From Epiperipatus broadwayi (Eukaryota; Animalia; Onychophora), in the NCBI GenBank assembly GCA_028023455.1, contig JAQFVV010000008.1, positions 11,594,001-11,658,000 on the forward strand: 64,000 nt of DNA. Direction: 5' to 3'. The notes below the pieces were generated by a model, which did not search any database, was not told the origin of the DNA, and saw only the letters and a list, made by a program, of their open reading frames with translations. A program made the position numbers and the translations under genes. This document shows, piece by piece, positions 1 to 12,156 of this stretch. Numbering within the stretch: the stretch's first letter is position 1; every line of letters starts with the position of its first letter.

Positions 1-89
1 ATTTGAAAAATATTAACATATATTAACATACATATTACAGTATAGAGCTAGTATTTGCATGGAAGTTAGTAGCATCTTGGGATAGATTT

Positions 90-270
90 ATAATGTTTTC
101 ATTTAGAATATGGATAAGAGATAATTTATTTATTATTACTCAATTTACTGAAATGTCTTATATATATAAAAAAAGTCATTACTCTTGCATTTCTAGACAT
201 AAAAAAGGCTTATGATAATATGAATAGAAATAACTCATTGCTATTAGATGCACTAATTTATTATTAATAA
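90..270 (+). mobile_element. Non-LTR (LINE) reverse transcriptase relic
   Basis: Translates as RDNLFIITQFTEMSY..KKVITLAFLDIKKAYDNM, matching the LINE RT 'FLD..KAYD' motif. Confidence 0.7.
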
Positions 271-2772
271 AATTAATATTTTATAAACACAAAATAATAT
301 CATTCACAAATATTTGATTTATACGTCTACAATATGGTCTTTTAATTATATACTGCCTTAACGTGAAACGACTAACAAAAAAATCAATAATTAAAACATG
401 GGTTTTCTATAACGCATTTTGTATAAAATATTGCGTACGTTTAGGAATTCGCTATTAAAAGGGAATCGCTATAAATCAAATGGGTTACCGATGTTAAAAG
501 GGATAACTAAACAAATAATAAATCACTTTGATTTTGATATATCTCACTTCGCCACGACTTAGAGGCAACTTTAAAAGAAATATAATCTTAAGAACAAAAG
601 CAGTACTGACATGGCAGAAATAAAAACATCGATAAGATTGATGCACCTTTCGCCATTATATTTGAGAACAAAAAGGTCACTCTGCGTTTTCGCAGATCAC
701 AACCTGGAGAGAGAGCTTCCTCGGACATAAGGAGAAATGAGGTCGGGTCCTTTTACCTTGAGCCTTACTGTCCGACTATGAGAATCCTGAAGAATTGAAA
801 TCCGCATTATTAGCTTAGATTTCCTAAAATACATATATTAAAATAATAGCGAATTCATTGAGCTTAGAATAATTTGCTTATATCAGCAATGCCTATATTA
901 ATGGAGTAGACGCTTTATTTATGTCCATTACTTAAATTAAATAATAAAATAATTGGCGAAGCATAGCGACTTGAACTCTTTCAAAATCAAATTGAAATAA
1001 AACAATCACGATGATAATGTCGTCCTAAATACAATAAAAGTAATTACTCCCTTTCATTTAGAGATTTCCCAAACACAAATTTCATTTAAAACCCTCTTTA
1101 ATATCTCGTCAAAATCTATTGCCATAAATATTTATTTTCTTCTCACAAACTCGAATTAGTGCTCCAATAACAATAAAATACCAACACACAATATTCATTT
1201 TATTGAGAGATCACAATTATGAAATATAGGTATTATTGGATTACGTTTAATAAAATAATTCCAATTCAGTAAATAAAAATGAGCTAAACAAATACTCGCT
1301 CATTTGGGAGAGTATTAGATCGACTAATAAATCACGGGCCGATTGAAAATATTTAAGGAAGGTTTCAATTCACCAAATTAGATTTATTGGCACATAAATA
1401 CTTAAATATTTTAAATCATAAATTAATAAATAATAGGAAACCGCCATAAGAAAAAAAATATGAAATAAAAGGCATTTTTAAGAGAAACTAGTAAAGTTGA
1501 ATTAATCTTATAGAGAGCAATGACAAAAGCAAAATTACAAAAGATATATAAGTTTTACATGTATTACAAAACGTGTTTATCTAGGATAGGGTGGCAATAT
1601 TTAATTACTGATGTTACGAAAGCCATTTAAAACAAGAAAAGCGAATTATATATTTTAGAAAGAATTCTTTTGGCGGTAGTATTACTTTCCAACAAGTCCT
1701 TTCACGCGTAGGCTTCATAACTGCTTGCAAGTTCTTTTTGGAGAGTGAAATGAGGCACTTTTCCATCGATGAAATAGCTAGCTATTTTTTTATTATTCAG
1801 CAAAGTTCATTCACCAACAGTTGTCTTTATGATTTCAGGAGGCATTAGATGGTTTCACGGTAGCATACTGATATTACAGGGAAGGCTCGGGAACAACGGC
1901 TATGTGCCCTGACCTTAGCTTACATTTTTGCGTATACTAAATCATAAAATAGACCGACATAGATTCGAACTGCAACTCGTTCATTATAGTAATCTGATCC
2001 TCTTCACTCCCTTTTTGGGGGGTATTTAAACTATTTTAGCCATTGCTCCAGAATATTCTATCTTTCCGTAGCTTCAGGTATTGTTCTGTTCATTTAAAAT
2101 AATTTGCTCTATTGTGATTCTAACATACACTCTTCTGATAAATCTTTTAAATCTTTTGTTACGAATCCATTTTTAGTTCGCAAATGGATTACTAAGATAA
2201 AATATAATTAATTTAAGATAAGTCCCTTTCCATTCATAAATAAAAGTAAATCCATTACCCTTTGTTGAGCGGCCTACGTGACTTTACAGATTTATCCAAA
2301 AGAATGTGACTTTTAATCACTAAAATTTAATAGAAAAATATAAAAGTAATTTTTAAGCAAATCTATTTAACGGACTTTACTATTAATATTTAAAATACAC
2401 ACATATATGTAATATCCACACACAAAAATATGTAATAAATAAATCTTATTTTATTAAAATTAACATTATTTAAACTTTATTATAAAAATTAAAGTAAAAT
2501 TAAAACGTTCATTATTAAATGAATATAACAAGGCTAAAGAAAGAAAAATAGGCTTAGTCTGTTTATGAATATAAAACTATCCGTTAAACAAATTTACTAT
2601 TAAAAAGGTAGAGATCAGGTTTGATCTCAGGTTAGTGCTGAATAAGTCATGAAACTTGGATCGAGTTTGGATCCAATCATTTCAATATGAAGGATAAAAC
2701 TGAAGAATTGAAAATGGAAGATATTTATCTTAATGAAGAGGAGTATTGATATTTAGTTACTTGGATATGTGG

Positions 2773-3583
2773 AAATATAAGAGGATTTGAACTCAGACTT
2801 TCAAGCACCCACCAAACTATACACACTATCTCATACAATTGATACACATGATCATGTAGAAAAGATAAATAATCACCAATATACGTATTTCATGCTAAAC
2901 CAGCACTCATTAGTTGGTCCAGATTATCATCTACCACACATATATATAATCAGTGCTCAGTTTACATTAAGATAGCAAACCCTCACACTTTAATGGATAG
3001 GCCTCAATACACTCCAACCCCCAACTTTTCAGCCATTCGTATCATTGAAAATCTGATGATGGAAAGCCAAATCCCTTGCTGATGCCAACATTATTGCCAA
3101 GCCCATGTTGACCTGAAGTCATTCTGACCTCTCACGTAGAAGAGGTTGGGAAGGATACAAGCTTATATGTAAATATTTGAAAACCAGGCACCCTTCTATG
3201 TATTTAAATGGATAAGGTCCTATACATGAGGGGTCACAGTGACTTCAGGTCAACATAGGCCTGGCAATAATGTTGGCATCAGCAAAGGATTTGGTTTTCC
3301 ATCATCAGATTTTCAATGATATGGATGGCTAAAAAGTTGGGGGTTGGAGTGGATTGAGGCCTGTCCATTAAAGTGTGAGGATTTTATATCTTAATATAAA
3401 CTGAGCACTGATTATATGTATGTGTGGGAGATGATAATCTGGACCAACTGATGGTTTAGCATGAAATACGGATATTGGTGATTATTTATCTCTTCTACAT
3501 GTGTGTGATCATGTGTATCAGTTGTATGAGAGTGTGGATAGTTGGTGGGTGCTTGAAAGTCTGAGTTCAAATCCCCTATATTT
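2773..3583. mobile_element. Tail-to-tail inverted pair of Penelope-like element 3' ends
   Basis: Arms 2773-3139 and 3220-3583 are highly similar reverse complements with an ~80-bp spacer. Translation resembles a GIY-YIG C-terminus (R..EHR...S.L..H..DT..H; YIKIANPHTL). The inverted repeat is certain; family assignment is moderate. Confidence 0.65.
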
Positions 3584-5605
3584 ACAATTAAGCTCCAGGT
3601 TTGTGAAGAGTGCCTAGTTTTCAAATATTTGGATAAATGGAAAAATAATGTTCATCAATTGTTTTAATATATATATAAAAAAAAATTATACAAATTAAAA
3701 TAAATAAGATCCGTAAAAGAAAGAGGAAATCTTTATTTGTATAATAATAATGTAATAAGATTAAAGGATTAAGTTATTAATGAAATAATAAGGATGTGCT
3801 TATGCCAAGGACAAAAATGATATTAATCAATTATTCAAATATACAAAGAGAAGATTCTATTCTATTATTTATTTATTTCTGTAAGTCAAGTCCATTATTC
3901 TTGATACTACATAGGAATTACTACCATGCAAGAGGTTTTTGTTGAGTTAACAAAATCTCATCAGCAGGAAAAGTAAACAACTAACAGTAGCCAACGGTCT
4001 TCCCAAACATTAGTTGCCATAAAAAAGGTAAATAACAGTTAAGAGCATGGTTTCTTGAGCTAAAGATAAGAGGAGTTTGAATCTTTTTCACAATATATCT
4101 TGTTAAGTTTCCATTAGGACTGTACATTGATCATTCAAATATGTAACTTGAAATGATCAGAAAACTCAATATATTAAGAGCCTTATGTATCTATGAAAAT
4201 GTATATTATTTAAATTATGAACTTTATCTATTTCTAAGAAACAAAAAAAAAATCTCCAGAAAGCATATTATCAAACTGCAAGTGCAAAACAAAAAAAGGG
4301 CACATAAGTTAAACTTTTTAAATCATACCAAGTATATTCAGGGAATTTTAAAATATAAATAAGAGAAGATACTGTAATTCAATACTGATAATAACCAGAT
4401 ATCTAAATAGATATATGTGCAAGTACTACATTAAAAGTTTGAGGAGAAAGTTTATTTTATTTTTATGATATCTACTTCTTTAAAGATTTAGAGAATACAT
4501 TTTAATATAATTTTTGAAGTTTAATATATTTCATATTAACACATTTTTGGCAAACTTTTGAATTTTTCAAATTGCTTTTTCTATTTGTCAATTTTCTCAT
4601 ATGATGATAATCACTATAATCTAATAAAGAACATTATATTTTTTATGTATCAAACTAGTGCATGTAGAAATTCATTAGAAATATTAAATTGTAATGTTTC
4701 TGTTTGTGGTTTTAGAAGAGACACTATCGGTATTGTGTATATTGATTTATTCCGTCATATATTATCACATTGTTAATTTGTTATGCTAATAATTAATTGA
4801 ATACTGTTATTCTTATCGTCTAAATGATTCTTTATTCTCTGCTTTTCATTCTATGTCTGTTCATTTATTCTGTACATAAGTAATTGTCTAGTGATTAAAA
4901 TATAAATATTAAATTTTAGTGTTTCTGTTTGTGATATCATATAAGCAAATAATTGATTGAATATTGTTATTCTTAACTTATTATCTAAGTGATTCTTTGT
5001 TCATTGCTTTGCATTTTATATCTATTCATTTATTCTATATATAAATTATTGTCTGGTGATTAATATTAGGAATACCGTATTCTGAATACTATGTTAAGCA
5101 CCTCAGGATGTCAGCTACAAGAGATTTAGGTAAAGGGATTGAAGCTCATATGAAATCAGATCACCTGGGAAAGTAGATGGTGATGCTCTTATGAAGATCA
5201 ACAATTAACCCATAAATTGTAAATAAGCTGGTTATCACTATAAATCCCTTTTCTAACCATTTCATAAAATAAACTTAACATGAGGTAGGTAACCAAGACA
5301 TCTTTCTCCACTATGTCTATAACAATATTAAGAGTATATTTAAAAAACAAAGTTAATAGGTAAAACATTGTCAAGTTATATAATTTTTATAAAATTAAAA
5401 AAAAAAAATGGAACAAAGAATGTTAAAATAAAATTGATGGGATTCTAAAAATACAAAATATAAAAATTAGTCAAATTAAGTTAATAGATTAAATATATCT
5501 CATAATTTATTTATATACACTAACATATACATTTAATAGATTATTGAATATAGTATATATGGAATTTCAAAATGAATAGCATGAGTTCATAATGACAAAC
5601 TTTAC

Positions 5606-5687
5606 CTATTTCACTGTATGCTATTACAACTCCTAATTCATTTTCTGCAGTTGTTAAAATATAAGACTGGGCATCGCCAAGTGATAT
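5606..5687 (-). CDS. EXOSC1: EXOSC1 exon 7 (ISLGDAQSYILTTAENELGVVIAYSEI-G)
   Basis: ATCAG| ... |GTAAAG; 82 nt; near-invariant 'ISLGD...Y.LTTAENELGVV.A' motif. The terminal exon was not found in the window. Confidence 0.97.
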
Positions 5688-5805
5688 CTGATATTGAAGT
5701 TAAATCAATAAAATTATAAACAATAATTCAGAATATTATTTTTAATTCTATTTTTGGATCATAATATTATCATTGTAATATAAATATCAATAATTAAAAG
5801 GATAC
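5688..5805 (-). other. EXOSC1: U12-type (minor spliceosome) GT-AG intron 6 of EXOSC1
   Basis: 5' splice site GTATCCTTT is the exact U12 consensus. TGATTTAAC lies 11 nt before the end of the AG (partial match to TTCCTTAAC). No polypyrimidine tract. Confidence 0.8.
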
Positions 5806-5856
5806 TACTTTTGCTAGCACAATATCTAATTTACGAAAGCACTTGTATATTTCAAT
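5806..5856 (-). CDS. EXOSC1: EXOSC1 exon 6 (IEIYKCFRKLDIVLAKV)
   Basis: TTTTTAG| ... |GTATCCTTT; 51 nt; homologous to 'VEIYKSFRPGDIVLAKV'. Confidence 0.96.
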
Positions 5857-6059
5857 CTAAAAATGCAAAAAAAAAAAATTAATATTTCCCACAATTATTT
5901 TATAATGGTATATTAACAAAACAAATAAATTTACGGCTGATAAAATTCTCACTTTAGTCAGTAGTCTGCTTTATAACTTTCTGTATAATTTGATTTATAT
6001 GTAAAGTGAAAAAAAGTTACTTTTATTACTTCTTTGAATGATTATATTTATGTATGATA

Positions 6060-6676
6060 CATGTGCATTATCCTGTCTACCAAGCTTGGCAGATGATTTT
6101 TTTTTTTTAAATATACAACTTCAGAGGCATACAATAAATGTTGAAAAACAAAATGGCTAACAATTAGCAGTTGTATTTAATATTTGCATATCTATTTTTT
6201 TTAATATTAGTACAAAAAAAAATTAAAGTGGAAATATTGCAATTAATTATAATTAACAATAATAATTAAAAGGTAAATATTATAACATGTAAATGCCAAT
6301 ATCTATATATATTAAAACAGTAAGCAAATATCCTCACCCTTTATAAATAAATGCATATAAAGACATTTAATTATTTATAAAGAAGGGTTAGTGAGGAGAA
6401 TATTTGATTACTGTTTTAATATATATATATAGATATCAGCATTTAGATGTTATAATATTTACCTTTTATTTATTATTGTTAATTATTATTAATTATAATA
6501 TTTCCATTTTACTATTATTTTTTTGTATTAATTAAAATAATAAAAAATAAAAACATAATGTTATAATATAAAAAAAAAATTGAGATAAAGATTCTGAATA
6601 GAATTTATATGCCCCTAACAATGTATATAAAAACAAAAGATGGCTGCCAAGCTTGGTAGACAAGATAATGCACAAG
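6060..6676. mobile_element. Foldback MITE with long TIRs and TA TSD (Tc1/mariner-type)
   Basis: Ends c(a/t)tgtgcattatc(c/t)tgtctaccaagcttggcag are inverted; inverted similarity continues to a central loop near 6340-6390; TA on both sides. Confidence 0.75.
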
Positions 6677-9600
6677 TACAGAATGTAGTTACCAGAGTGA
6701 AAATGTTTTTAAAAAACATATATTATTTTTGAAATATCATAAATTTAATAATTAATGAAGTCAATAAAAACCTTTAAAAAAAAATGAACAAACAATTTTT
6801 GTACCAACAAGATTAATATATGATAAAGAGTCAAGTTATTTTTCTACTTAAAAATAGTAACGTAACAGATACCCCCCCCCTCACTCCACTCATTCTCATG
6901 CTTCTCTTTTTCATTTAAATGATAGGACAAATATGTACAATTAGTTTGCAGTTAAAACTAATGAATTTGCTGATAATAAATAATATTTTTTCCTTATTTT
7001 CAGATTGCTAGATCAAATTACTATAACTTATATAAGCAGATTTATGTTAAGTTAGGATTATATAAGTAGGGAACTACATTTTACTAGTTTATTTACTAAA
7101 AATTATAACCATGATATTTTTACAGACAATTTAAAGTAAATGAATGTGAATCAGAAGTAGTTAAATAATAGCTTCTCTCAATGTGATTGATTGATACTGA
7201 TGCTTTATAAAGAGTAATTAATTATATTACTGTTTAAGACTGTGATGTTTGTTTCTTTGTCATGAATTTACTTGCAGAATTTTTCCAAAAAAACTATATC
7301 ATGGGATCAAATTATTCTCCATTCACAGAGTCTTCGACAGTTTTTTCCGGTTAAGAAAATTAATGGTGAAGTCTTTCATATAAACAGCATATGGTCTACC
7401 ATGTCCTTTTTGGATAATTCTTCAAAAAAATGGACAGCAATTACTCTTCTAATTCAATTTAACCACTTTAGTCTTCTGCTGCAGAATATTGACATAAAAA
7501 AATGAAAGTATGACATGATTTACTACCTCCATATCAATTAGGTTTTTTTTTTGTCTCATAATGTTCATTATTTTTTGAAATCTTTGCAATTAAGCCTTTT
7601 TTAAATGTCTCAAAGATGTTATTCAGATTTCATATCAATATAAGTGGGACACTCAAAACCCAGATTTAATAAATCATGAAAAATTTTATGGGCCAATTTT
7701 AGGATGCTCAATATTTTTTTTAATATAGCAAATAAATGATAACTTTTCTTATTTATACATTTATTTCTTTTGAAAGAAAAAGTGTGATTGAATTATAATT
7801 AAAGAAAATTTTTATAGTGATCAAGGTTAGTTTTAATTTAACATTAGAAGGTACAATTGCCATTTGGACAAAAACTGCAGACTTCCTGGTATTTATCTCT
7901 AATTATATACTATAAACATGCTATTGAATGATAACTGCACACTTATTACAAGGGATAATAGCTCCACCATCAGCTAAAATAAATTTTCTACTAAGAGATT
8001 GTTTTGATTTTTAAATATACTAATTTGAATAGAGCCATTTGTCCATTGCAAATAAAACACCATACATAATGCATAGCAGACAGTAACATAAAAAAATTGG
8101 ATCAAAGTTTCTGCCTTAATCTTCATTCTGCACTTGGTCTCACAGATGTTAAATGTATAGGCAGATTTCAACTTATGTAAGTATTCAATTTCATAGCTTA
8201 CATACAAATTGTAAACAAATTTATGTGTAACTTAAAATATATATTTGTCGTTGTCAGAATTAGATAACTCACATGCAAATCACCCGAGGGCAAGCCACAT
8301 GTGCATTCCAGAAACCAACTTTTTCTTTTACAGCCCATTAAGGTCAGGGAGAAAACAAGAGACTCTTAACTATTTATCTACGTTGTTGATTACAAATAAA
8401 GATTACAAATTGCCAAAGTAATAAGACAACACTATTTATTCACATATATACAACACAAAAATATACTGGCGTTACTCTAGTTGATTGATTTATAAATTAA
8501 CTTAAGATAAAAAAACCTTTCCAAATTTTATTAAATGCATTTAATTCTAATTATGCACAGACATATTATACAGTGTTGTAATGACTCAATATTTTAAAAT
8601 AATTCCTATTTGACACTATTAATGTAAACTATTATTATCATTAATTGTTTGAATGGATTCCAATCTAGTGCACAGACATCTAACTGCTCTCAACTATCAT
8701 CACTAATGTTCTAATGCTAACTGATACAAGGTTATAAATTAAGGCTAATCTTATTACTTGACTGTAGTGATCAATTACAGGTTATGATATTAGTATACAC
8801 AATAAGTAATAAAATAATTGTAAAATATAGGAAATCGCATCTGTACTACAATAGTTATATAAGAACACAAGCTTGGAGAGATTATATGCCTATGGTAGGA
8901 ATTAAACTACTACCGCATACAGTGACCAACAGTGGCATATGGATCACTACACAACATGTATATAAAAAAATGGATGTCATATGATAGGACTTGATCATCT
9001 ACTGCACATCATTGTTTCAACAAAATAAGGATTGTAAGAGATCAGCAGTCACACATGATGTTACAATCACCTAATACTAACACCTTACATAAGAATGAGA
9101 ATCAGATGTAACTCATAACCTGAATTGGTGGATACCAACCGTACATTCCTATCAATAATAATAATTTAAATACAAGATTAGTTAGCTAAAACTGACATCT
9201 ATTTAACAGAACCCTAATCTAGCTTGTTATGCAGCAGGCTTGCCTCCCATTCATAATTTAAAATTTTACTGACTTAACATACATTTATAAACTAAATAAA
9301 ATGAAAACAATGATTTAATTAATATATAACTTTTAAATAGCATGGCAAGAGACTGCAATTAAAAATTAATTGCCTTTTATAAACTAATTTATTATAACTA
9401 GCACCGACTAAATTGTGGCATGATATTTAAATAGAACAAACTACAATCTCTTGCCATACCTGCTTGTAAACAGATTAAGTCATTAACATACTTCATTAGA
9501 TTGGAGATAATAATTAACTAAGTATTAGTTTAAAAGTTACACTTATTTTTCCAGCTTAACAGTTCACGCTCACTCTTTAGATATTGGCAGAGTTAATTCT

Positions 9601-9729
9601 TAAAACTATAGCTATGATGGATGAAGGTTTAAATCACTATTTCACATTTGTTTTGCACGCATAGATATTAATTAAAACTTGTTTTGGCGACTGGTTCTTC
9701 TTATAGCACTGGACATCAACTTTTTCCTC

Positions 9730-10030
9730 TTCTAAGTGGTTACATATTTGGATGGTTTCTTCTTTTGTTGATGGCTTCTTTGACATGATTCAGTGATAAG
9801 TTTTTGGCCTTCTCTCTGCCAGCATGACAGAGTGATACAGATAATGGCTTCTCCACTCTTGCATGGTAGACTTGCTGGAACTAGCAGATAAAAATTAATT
9901 ACAGCAGAATAATAATCACTGGCAGAATCAAGATAGAATAATAATAATGAATGCAGAATCAAGATAGAATACTCTATTACTTTCGTTGATGTCCGAGTTT
10001 ATTTGTCCAATAGCCTTTTTGCAAGCTCAT
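9730..10030 (-). mobile_element. Possible hAT transposase C-terminal (dimerisation domain) relic
   Basis: Frameshifted 'STMQE.R' and 'EKAKNLSLNHVKEAINKRR' resemble hAT 'RSTM.QERL...L.IE.E'. A similar relic may lie at ~3840-4030 (+). Confidence 0.35.
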
Positions 10031-10747
10031 ATTTTTGAGCGGAAATAATAGCCTTTTTTTATTTATCTCCTAAATTTTAATCTAGTAATCTGTTTATAAG
10101 CATTTTAATTACTTTTTCTAGAATGTTATTTCAACCTTTTTTTTATTGTTAAACAAAAACACCTTTTTTACTTTTAAACTACTTTAAGCTAAATTTAGAA
10201 TCTATTTTAAATTTTTGAAAATATTTTGTTTTTAACACAAATTACCTTTAAAATTAATTATACCGCATATCTCTATCTGTGCATTTACAATATACATTTA
10301 ATTTTTATTTATAAAAAAATTATTAAAATTTCTACTTTTAAATTTTGTTCATACTTTTTAACATGCAAACATGAAGTGTATATATGTGTGCATACATATA
10401 GCTTCAATTTTATACTTTTATTGCTTTTGTTGTATTAAAGGATATCATTTTTAATGATCACATTTATAGTATTACCAAATTATAAAATGTCTATAATTTG
10501 AAACATCATACTATTTAAAACATATTATTTAAAATAATGTCCTGTAATTAACAATTTTATAATTAATAAAATTTATTAAAAAATACAAAAAAAAAAAACT
10601 TTTTCTTTTCTTTTGGTATTGTTAAGTTGAATTTATTATTAATATTGAATGATAGGACAAAAAAAAAAAAAATCAGTTTGCTGCTAATGCATGCAATTAT
10701 TATTTAATTACGAATGGAATGATTTATTTTGTTTTATATAGTTTCTA

Positions 10748-10750
<3 letters not shown>

Positions 10751-10777
<27 letters not shown>
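10751..10777. repeat. (AC)n microsatellite
   Basis: Directly visible, followed by (AT)n. Confidence 0.95.
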
Positions 10778-10786
<9 letters not shown>

Positions 10787-11309
10787 CTGTATTTCATTAA
10801 ATTAAATGTTGTTGAATTTTTTTTCCAAATTTTCTTAGAAAAGTATATCTGTACAAATAATTTAGATTATTTTCAATGCTCTTGAAAAGAATGCCAATGT
10901 AGTGAATCAAAAGTTCTTTGTTAGATTGAACATAATGAAGTTTATTTCCCCTACTTTTTATTAGAAGTCAGTCAAAATCTGAAAATCATATCAATAGTTG
11001 GATATTCATTTTCAAATAATCTCTTAAGTTTTTAATATAAGTAAGTCATATGAACATTAATATATTTCTGAAAACAGGTTTGATAGTTTGAAAATCCCTG
11101 GAAACTACTTAACTTAAAATATAATTTATTTTAGTAATTCATGCTTAGATATGAACAAAAAAATATGTTTCATGTCTAAAAGTAAACTACATTATTTAAT
11201 TAAATTCTTGTTAATATTTTCATTTTCGAAAAAATTATGTTTTTAAATATTAAAAAATAACAATATAACTAAAAAACAAAAACAAATTCCATAATAACAA
11301 CTATCTTAC

Positions 11310-11343
11310 TTTATCTTTTTCTGTGGCTTGAACATCATCTTTT
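11310..11343 (-). CDS. EXOSC1: EXOSC1 exon 5 (R-KDDVQATEKDK)
   Basis: TTTTCCCCAG| ... |GTAAGA; 34 nt; completes phase 2 from exon 4; 'KEDVRATEKDK'-like motif. Confidence 0.95.
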
Positions 11344-11864
11344 CTGGGGAAAAAAAGCAAAATGTAAATAATTTTAGTTAGTAATATTACTCATCATAAA
11401 ATTTATTCAAATAAAATTTTACCTTTAAAAAAATATCAGAATGAACAAAAATCATATGATTATTTGTGTTTATTCTATTTGGTTTATATTATAATTATGA
11501 AGATTTGACATACTGTTGATAAAAAAAAATTATATTTTAAAGATTAATATCATTACTTTCAATTGTAGTGAATATTTTAATGGCAATTTTAACCAGATAC
11601 CAAAACTAAGCAGAGTAAAGATTTTAGTATAAAAATTGTTTATTTGATCATAAATATAATTTTAATATTAAACTTAATGATTTATTACAAAACTACACAT
11701 ACAGATTACCTTAACTTACTTATGTATGAATATTGGAATATTTGTAAAATTTATAAATTTCTTAATTTAATTAACAAAAAAATCTAAACCTCAAATAAAT
11801 TGAAGATTTCACTATACATTACTAATGTAATTTGTTTAACTTTTACTTTAATATTAGTAATACA

Positions 11865-12156
11865 TAGGGTATATGAGCACAGACTTTCACGTGACCCACC
11901 ACTCTCCACACTATCTCATAACACTGATACACTTGAACACATATATGTTGAAAAGATAAATAATTACCAATATACATATTTCATGCTAAACCAGCAATCA
12001 TCAGTTGGTCCAGATTACCATCTCTACACATATATGCTATAAGTGCTCAGATGTATATTAAGATAGCCAATCCTCATACTTTAATGGACAGGCTTCAATC
12101 TACTCCACACTCCAACTCTTCAACTGTCCATCTAATTGAAAATCTGATGATGGAAT
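11865..12156 (+). mobile_element. Third copy of the same Penelope-like 3' fragment
   Basis: Colinear with 2780-3065 (e.g. tttcatgctaaaccagca, agttggtccagatta, gaaaatctgatgatggaa). Confidence 0.7.

Noticed and set aside
2787-3624. ORFs 2787-2975, 3412-3624 and 11800-12042 as a small gene family
   Set aside because: They are chance frames in copies of one Penelope-like fragment.
3935-3966. CTGATGA followed by a hairpin (minus strand)
   Set aside because: No GAAA core; lies in a probable hAT relic.
5095-5200. TTCCCAG|GT... as the EXOSC1 terminal exon
   Set aside because: Translation GDLISYELQSLYLNLL* lacks the expected 'P.SW..M.CP.T...E.RKVA' zinc-ribbon motif.
8246-8407. Short TG...CA segment with AATAAA as a solo LTR
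   Set aside because: No TSD and no second copy in the window.
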